Part shown: one piece after another, positions 58,279-64,000 of the stretch
Layout: the number at the start of each line of letters is the position of its first letter
How positions within the stretch are numbered: position 1 is the first letter of the stretch
Origin: Squalus acanthias
Lineage: Eukaryota
Assembly: GCA_030390025.1 (NCBI GenBank)
Contig: CM059431.1
Coordinates: 142,602,001-142,666,000, forward strand
Direction: 5' to 3'
Length of the DNA: 64,000 bases
Position numbers and translations under genes: made by a program
The notes under the pieces: generated by a model
What the model saw: the letters and a program-made list of their open reading frames with translations, nothing else
Databases searched by the model: none
Told to the model about the DNA's origin: nothing

Positions 58279-61167
58279 CTTATAAAAATAGCAACTTTCA
58301 GAAGGGAACTGGATATTTAGTTGAAAAGGAATGTGTTGCTGGGCTGTGGGGGAAGAGCAGCGGAGTTGGACAAATTTCAGAGAGCCGCGTGAGACACTAT
58401 AGGCCGCATGGCCTTCTTATGTGCTTTCTGATTCTATGATTCTAGGCCGCTTATGTTGTCCGCCCATTAATGTAAATGGAATGAAAGCTGAGGAAACGCT
58501 TCAATAATTTTCTGATAATTCGCCCGCAGTGCGTGTGAGATTGCGGCCGTGGGGCAGGTCTGGGAGATCCCAGCGCTGGAGTAGACAAGCGGAAAGTAGT
58601 TGAGGAAGAGCTAGTGGGGGTGGAATAAAAATGTATTCATCCAAAAGATAATAGGAGGCACAGTGGGCTCCAAGTCATTATGTCGGGAGCAGTGGTAAGG
58701 ATTAAGAAAAAGCTTTTTAATTATCCATCGAATCTAGTAGGTAGATAGCAAGGACTTGCAAAGGCCGTTTGGTAAATATTCGAGTAGAACACAAGGGAAT
58801 CATTGAAGGAGTGCTTGCAACAGCGGTTTCTAAATGTAGTTACAGTGTTCAGTCACATAACATGGGAATCTGAAATCCAGGGACCCAGACACCGCGAGAT
58901 AATGGGATGGGGACTGACAGGAGTGACGGTTTACTGACACTGCAGCAAGTTTCTACAATTAGAGAAGATTCCTGAGGATTCGACAGCGGCTGAAATAATC
59001 CCAGTGTTTAAAGTAAGGCCAGGGGAGAACAAATGGGTGAGCACCTGGGAGAGGAGCAATGTAAAAGAGAATTATATTGGTTTGAGGGGCGATGTGTCAT
59101 CTTTAACTAACCTGCTGGAGTTTCTGAAAAACATCACTGGCCTGTAGGGCAGGGGAAATGCAGTGGGAATGACCCAGTCTGATTTTAACGAAGCAACGGA
59201 CAAGGTTCCACATCTACAAACGGTAAGGAATTATGGGATGGGTGGGAGATATGGCACTGCACAGACAGCTCATTACAAAATGAGAGTAGGTTATCGACAA
59301 ATGGGAACCTGTAAGGGAAGGGTGACTATTGAACCTCTGGGATCTTCCTTGCTACCAGTTTATTTTTAATGTTTTGTTTAATCGAATCTCAACGGAGATG
59401 ATGGTATCTTAGAAACAAAATAAATGATAATGAGGCCAACATAGGTAACTCTATAAAACCATAGATACTGGGTGGGAGTGGGTCATATCACCCATTCTAT
59501 CTGTACCGGGTTCTTTGAAACAGCAATCTAATCTATCCGCACTCTCTTCAACTTTCTCCACAGACATTTGATTTCTCTGCTTCAAATATTCATCTAATTT
59601 TCCCTTAACTATTCCCTGAGGCAAAACATTCCATGCTCCAGCAACCCTTTGAATAAAGACGTTTCTGCTAACCTCTCTGCGCATTTCCTTTGTGACCATT
59701 TTAAGTCGATCGCCCTTTATCGCTGATTAGCTGACTAGATGGAATGATCCATACCTCTTCACTCTGCCGAAACTGTTCATACTTTTTCAAAGCTCTATTA
59801 AATATACTCTTAGCTTCTGCTGCTCCAGCGTAAGTTGACCCAATATCTTGTCGCTTATCATCAGTATATCTATGATCCATGGCACCATCCTGGTGCATCT
59901 ACACTGCCCGCTCTCAGTGGATTTAATGGCCTTTCCACAATGAGGGCCCGAAGCTGTACCCGGTGTTCGAAAGGTGGCCTCACCAGCATTTTGTAAAGAT
60001 TCATCATCACTTGATTATTCTTGTGATCTATGTCCCTGTCCCTATAACACACATTTATGTTGGGTTTCTCATGGATTTATCCACCTGAAAACGCAGTTTC
60101 TATGAATTCAGTATTTGGATCCCTATCGCTCGCAGTCCATCCACACCCTTTAGCTCCTTCCCACACCCTTCAGCTCCCGTTCCTTGGCGTTCCTCGCTCA
60201 ATCAGGCGAGATCACCGATGAACAATTTGTAACTGATTCAAATTTGTTGGTATTTTTCAATTACTTTTTGGAACAACGTGGAACCGAATAATAAGACGTT
60301 AATGACCAGAGATTGTTCTGACCGTCTGCAATGTTCAGCCAAACACAGAATACTGAATATCAGTTTGATTTTATCTAAATTTCTGGCAGTGTTTTATGTT
60401 AACGAAAATTTACATCAATTGTAATAGTTAATAACTACATGAATGATCATTAATTTTTACATTCCTTTACCATTTTGTTTGGGAGACTGATTGAGACAGA
60501 ATAACAATAATATTACTCATGATAATTTTATCGACAGCACAAACAAGAGCAGACTGACGTGCTTTGTGCTGAGTGAGAGACACCAGTCAGCGTGCAATCG
60601 AGATTTTAAGTCAGTATCTGGGAAAACAGAGGAGAAAGGTCACATTGATGAGCCGACTTCCGACAGCTTCCTCCATTCGAGCATTGATCACGTGACTCTA
60701 TTTGTCAATGAGGAATGGAGTCCGGTAGAGAGACCCGCGCCTGCAATATTCACACCAAACTTCCAGGAAAGTTACCAATATCGCAATCGCAAGACCTTTA
60801 ATTGTTTCGGCACCACATCAAATTGATGATTTTAAAGTGGCGCGCCCGATCCCAGTACCTGCAGTGTAAGGCGGATTCCTCTGTTACCCATATGTCCAAC
60901 CCCACTGCTGCACCTCATCATTGTTATCTTTGATCCCTGAACTTGAAATGTGCTAACTTTGCAGGAATAGATTATGCTTACTCAACGAAAGAAGAAAATC
61001 AATGTAAAGCAGACATCAAACGCATGCTACAAAATGGAAGAAAGATTCACAGAAGAACTCTCCCATTATTCACATTACCAGAAAGAAGGACACTATACGG
61101 TGGAAAAGGTGCTGAAAATGAGCTTTAGTTACGAAGAAGCTTTCGTTTGACTTGATTATTTTTCCTC

Positions 61168-62577
61168 TCATTTTCCAGCTAATCTCAGAATCAGTGTCCA
61201 GGGAGATTTCACCACATTCTTCAGCTCTTCTCTGAATTTCCGCTGGTTCGCTGCATAAATACACGTGTTTAGACAGGAACTCAAATACTTCAACATTGCT
61301 CCGGTTTCAGTGGCGATATATCCAGGGTCTGTGCGGTCCCCTCGGTAATAAGTGGTGTTTGACAGTCTGGTAGTTACCAAACTCACGGCATTTGTCATCC
61401 ACAACAGTATAAAACTACCTGATACAGTGAAGAGTAAAATGATGGATTTCCTTCGGTTCTCCGTCTCTGGATCACACTGATTCTCCCTGTTGTGACCACG
61501 GAATCCCTTTCGGGCTTTATTGGCCATTAAAATACGTCTGACTGTCAAATAATTAAACAAGACAATCAAAGTAAAAGGAAGCCAAACAACCCAGGCGCTG
61601 TGAAACCAGATGTAGGCTATACCTGGAGGTGAGGAAAAAAAAGCCACACTGGATCGGCAGCCCCACTGCACCTTGTCAATTATTTGCTGAGGTTCAAATG
61701 CAAACAGTACGGGGATATCCTTTAATAAGATCAGGACTGAGAACGTTGTTATAACCGCGACCGCAGTTCTCTCGGTGCAATGCTTTGGTTTAAACTTCTG
61801 GCAGCAGAGAACTACAAATCGGTCAAATGTGAAGGAGACGGTGAACCAAACAGACCAATCGAGGTTGACAGTAGTCATGTATAGAATGAACTTACACACG
61901 GGAGTCTGGGATAGGAATGAAAGTGGAAAGTGATAACTGAAAATATAATACACTACTACATTGAACATCATGATCAGTAGATCTGCTGTTGCCATGGCCA
62001 ACATGTAGACAGAGATACACTTGGAAAGGCCGCATTTTCCTCGGGCGAGAATCACAATTGTCATCAAGTTCGCTGTAAGAAAGAGAGAGGAGAGAAATAA
62101 TGTTCCAGTGTCTGATTGAAATATATATGGAGCTACTTGTGGAGAGAATTTTACTCCATTCAGTGTGATTATCCACACGGAGCAGTTTGAGAACAGGATT
62201 AGTTTTGGAGCCATTACCTGGGAAACCCACCCACACATTTTAATGAGCTGCTGCAGCGCTCACTCTGCACGGAGTGACAAGACGGTCCGGAAATCCGCTA
62301 AAATCCTTATGTTGGAGCTTCAAAGAACATTGTGACATGAGTAAGGATTGAGGGGAATGGGGAAAGTGTGGACTGGCGATTCACGAGTTTGTTCGGGTAA
62401 CTACCGACTGTGCTGACATCAGGGAAACACGTTACCTTATACAACAGGCTGTAAGAACAGGGAGAGAGTAAACACCGATTAACAACAAACAGGTTACAAT
62501 GGCTCACCGGGGACACCGACGGCTGCGAGAATCGGGTAGTAAATCTCTTTGATCAGCAGAATAGCTGGTCGCCCCAT
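61168..62577 (-). CDS. GPR139/GPR142-like class A GPCR, two coding exons (62508-62577, 61168-62072), 324 aa
   Basis: Exon 1 MGRPAILLIKEIYYPILAAVGVP with a GTGAG donor; TTACAG acceptor; ANLMTIVIL, MATADL, SVWFTVSFTFDRF, LLW, NTCIY..RKFREEL; seven hydrophobic segments. Confidence 0.9.
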
Positions 62578-63129
62578 TTTCTGTGAGAATGGATGAATTC
62601 TGTCGTAGCTGAAAGACTCTGACTGGCGCACGGCTGAGGCAATGGAAGGGAACCTATATTTATCCTCACATCAATCCTCCAGGGAATCAATCAGGCTACA
62701 TCATTATAGCATTAGTTACAGTCATTTAACAAATAGACTCAGGTTAGTGTTTTGTTTGTATCAGATACATCGACTTCAGGCAAATAGTTGAAATGGTTAT
62801 CGGACAGTTTAAAAACAGATAATTGAACCATTATTTACAAATGTAGAGTAGAATCTCCCAGTACTGATGCTGAGCCTATTCCTACAGGACGGGTGAAGGC
62901 AGCTCCCCCTGCAGTAATCGCCCTGACACGGGCCTCACTCCCAGTGCCCAACTCCTCGCGAACAGGCGGTCAGCCTAATCCTGTCAGCAATCGGGCAGCG
63001 TCATAGAGCTTAACCATTTCCTTATATTTCTTTCCAATAAAAAGTATTCCTTGATGTATTTTTTGCAGTGGTAATCTGCAGCGATTTTATTAATACAGTC
63101 AACAGGTTTACCAGCTGGAATAAGCCTTT

Positions 63130-63883
63130 TTAATGAGGGTGTCCAGTCCTCCACTTCTGGGTAACCTGATTGAGAATCACTGAAAATGACATCAGAAACT
63201 ACACTGAACCTTTTAATGTTACTTTGGTCCACACGGTGGTGACCGATTTGTGGCGATCTGCTGCGGGAAGTTCAAGGCACAGTATTCCACCGAGCACTGC
63301 GACCGCCGTTGTTCTATCTGTCTCTGTCTGGACCTATTTAAAGAGGGGCCCCATTTAGTTTTCACATGAACCTGAGTGACCAATGAACAATGTGCAGTGG
63401 GTTTGCCGGATATCTGCGGACTTTCTTACATTACTCACATGGGCAGCGTACAACTTGGCCCGTATTACCTCAGTCCCATAGCTTCCCTTCATTCTGACGG
63501 CACTATTTAATTATTTGACAGTCAGACGTATTTTAGTGGTCTGTGAACCCCGCAGTGAGAATCAGACTGATTCGGAGATTGAGAACCGAAGGAAATCCAT
63601 CATCATACTCTTCACTATATCCGGCAGTTTTATACGAACATATACTCTTGTGGATCACAGCGGACGTGAGATTTTAACTACCCGAATGATAACCACCATG
63701 TATTCCCAGGGCGATTACACCAGTCCTGTATCGATCGCCACTCAAGCCGGATTTAAGCTGTTGTATTTGAGTTCCTGCAAAATCACCTGTATTTAGGCAG
63801 CGAACCAGAGGAAATTCAGCGAAAAGCTGCAGAATGTAGTGAAATCTGCCTGGACACTGATTCTGAGATTGATTAAAGAATGA
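63130..63883 (+). pseudogene. GPR139-like pseudogene fragment
   Basis: DRFVAICC.KFK, LTVRRILV, ENRRKSIIILFTISGSFI and IATQAG..L.YLSSC match the adjacent gene; deletions, frameshifts and stops present. Confidence 0.85.
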
Positions 63884-64000
63884 AAAGGAATGAAGTCAAA
63901 CTAAAGCTTCCTTTTTTAATCTGAGTTCAATTTCAGCCCGTGCTCCAGCGGAGAGGGGCTTTCTTTCGGGTTGTGAGAGAATGGATTGCTCTTGTGAAAC

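Noticed and set aside
62073..62238. N-terminal extension of the 356-aa GPCR ORF
   Set aside because: Contains the polypyrimidine tract and acceptor; a better exon 1 exists at 62508-62577.

Overview
Eukaryotic, repeat-rich vertebrate DNA. The repeat families, NLR-LRR exons and GPR139-like genes point to a cartilaginous fish (inference). From 5' to 3' the window holds: (1) the last LRR exons of an NLR-type gene, with a Harbinger-type MITE in one intron; (2) a young 9.4-kb LTR provirus on the minus strand with 1.7-kb LTRs and a CTCTC target-site duplication; (3) a 6.8-kb 23/26-bp hairpin-forming satellite; (4) a Harbinger transposon inserted into a retroelement integrase relic; (5) a decaying, partly duplicated tRNA cluster with one apparently intact tRNA-Trp; (6) Penelope-like elements with hammerhead-ribozyme motifs, two arranged as palindromes (184 bp and about 2 kb); (7) a triplicated promoter-like module; (8) a near full-length CR1 LINE, a pol relic and a Deu-domain SINE; (9) a two-exon GPR139/142-like GPCR plus a pseudogene copy. 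The most interesting element is the provirus. It encodes Gag and a class-I-fusion-like Env with an Ig-like domain but has no pol. The Gag stop sits in a UGA-CUAG readthrough context, in frame with an unexplained coiled-coil/acidic ORF that occupies the pol slot. All calls are by eye; no database searches were run.
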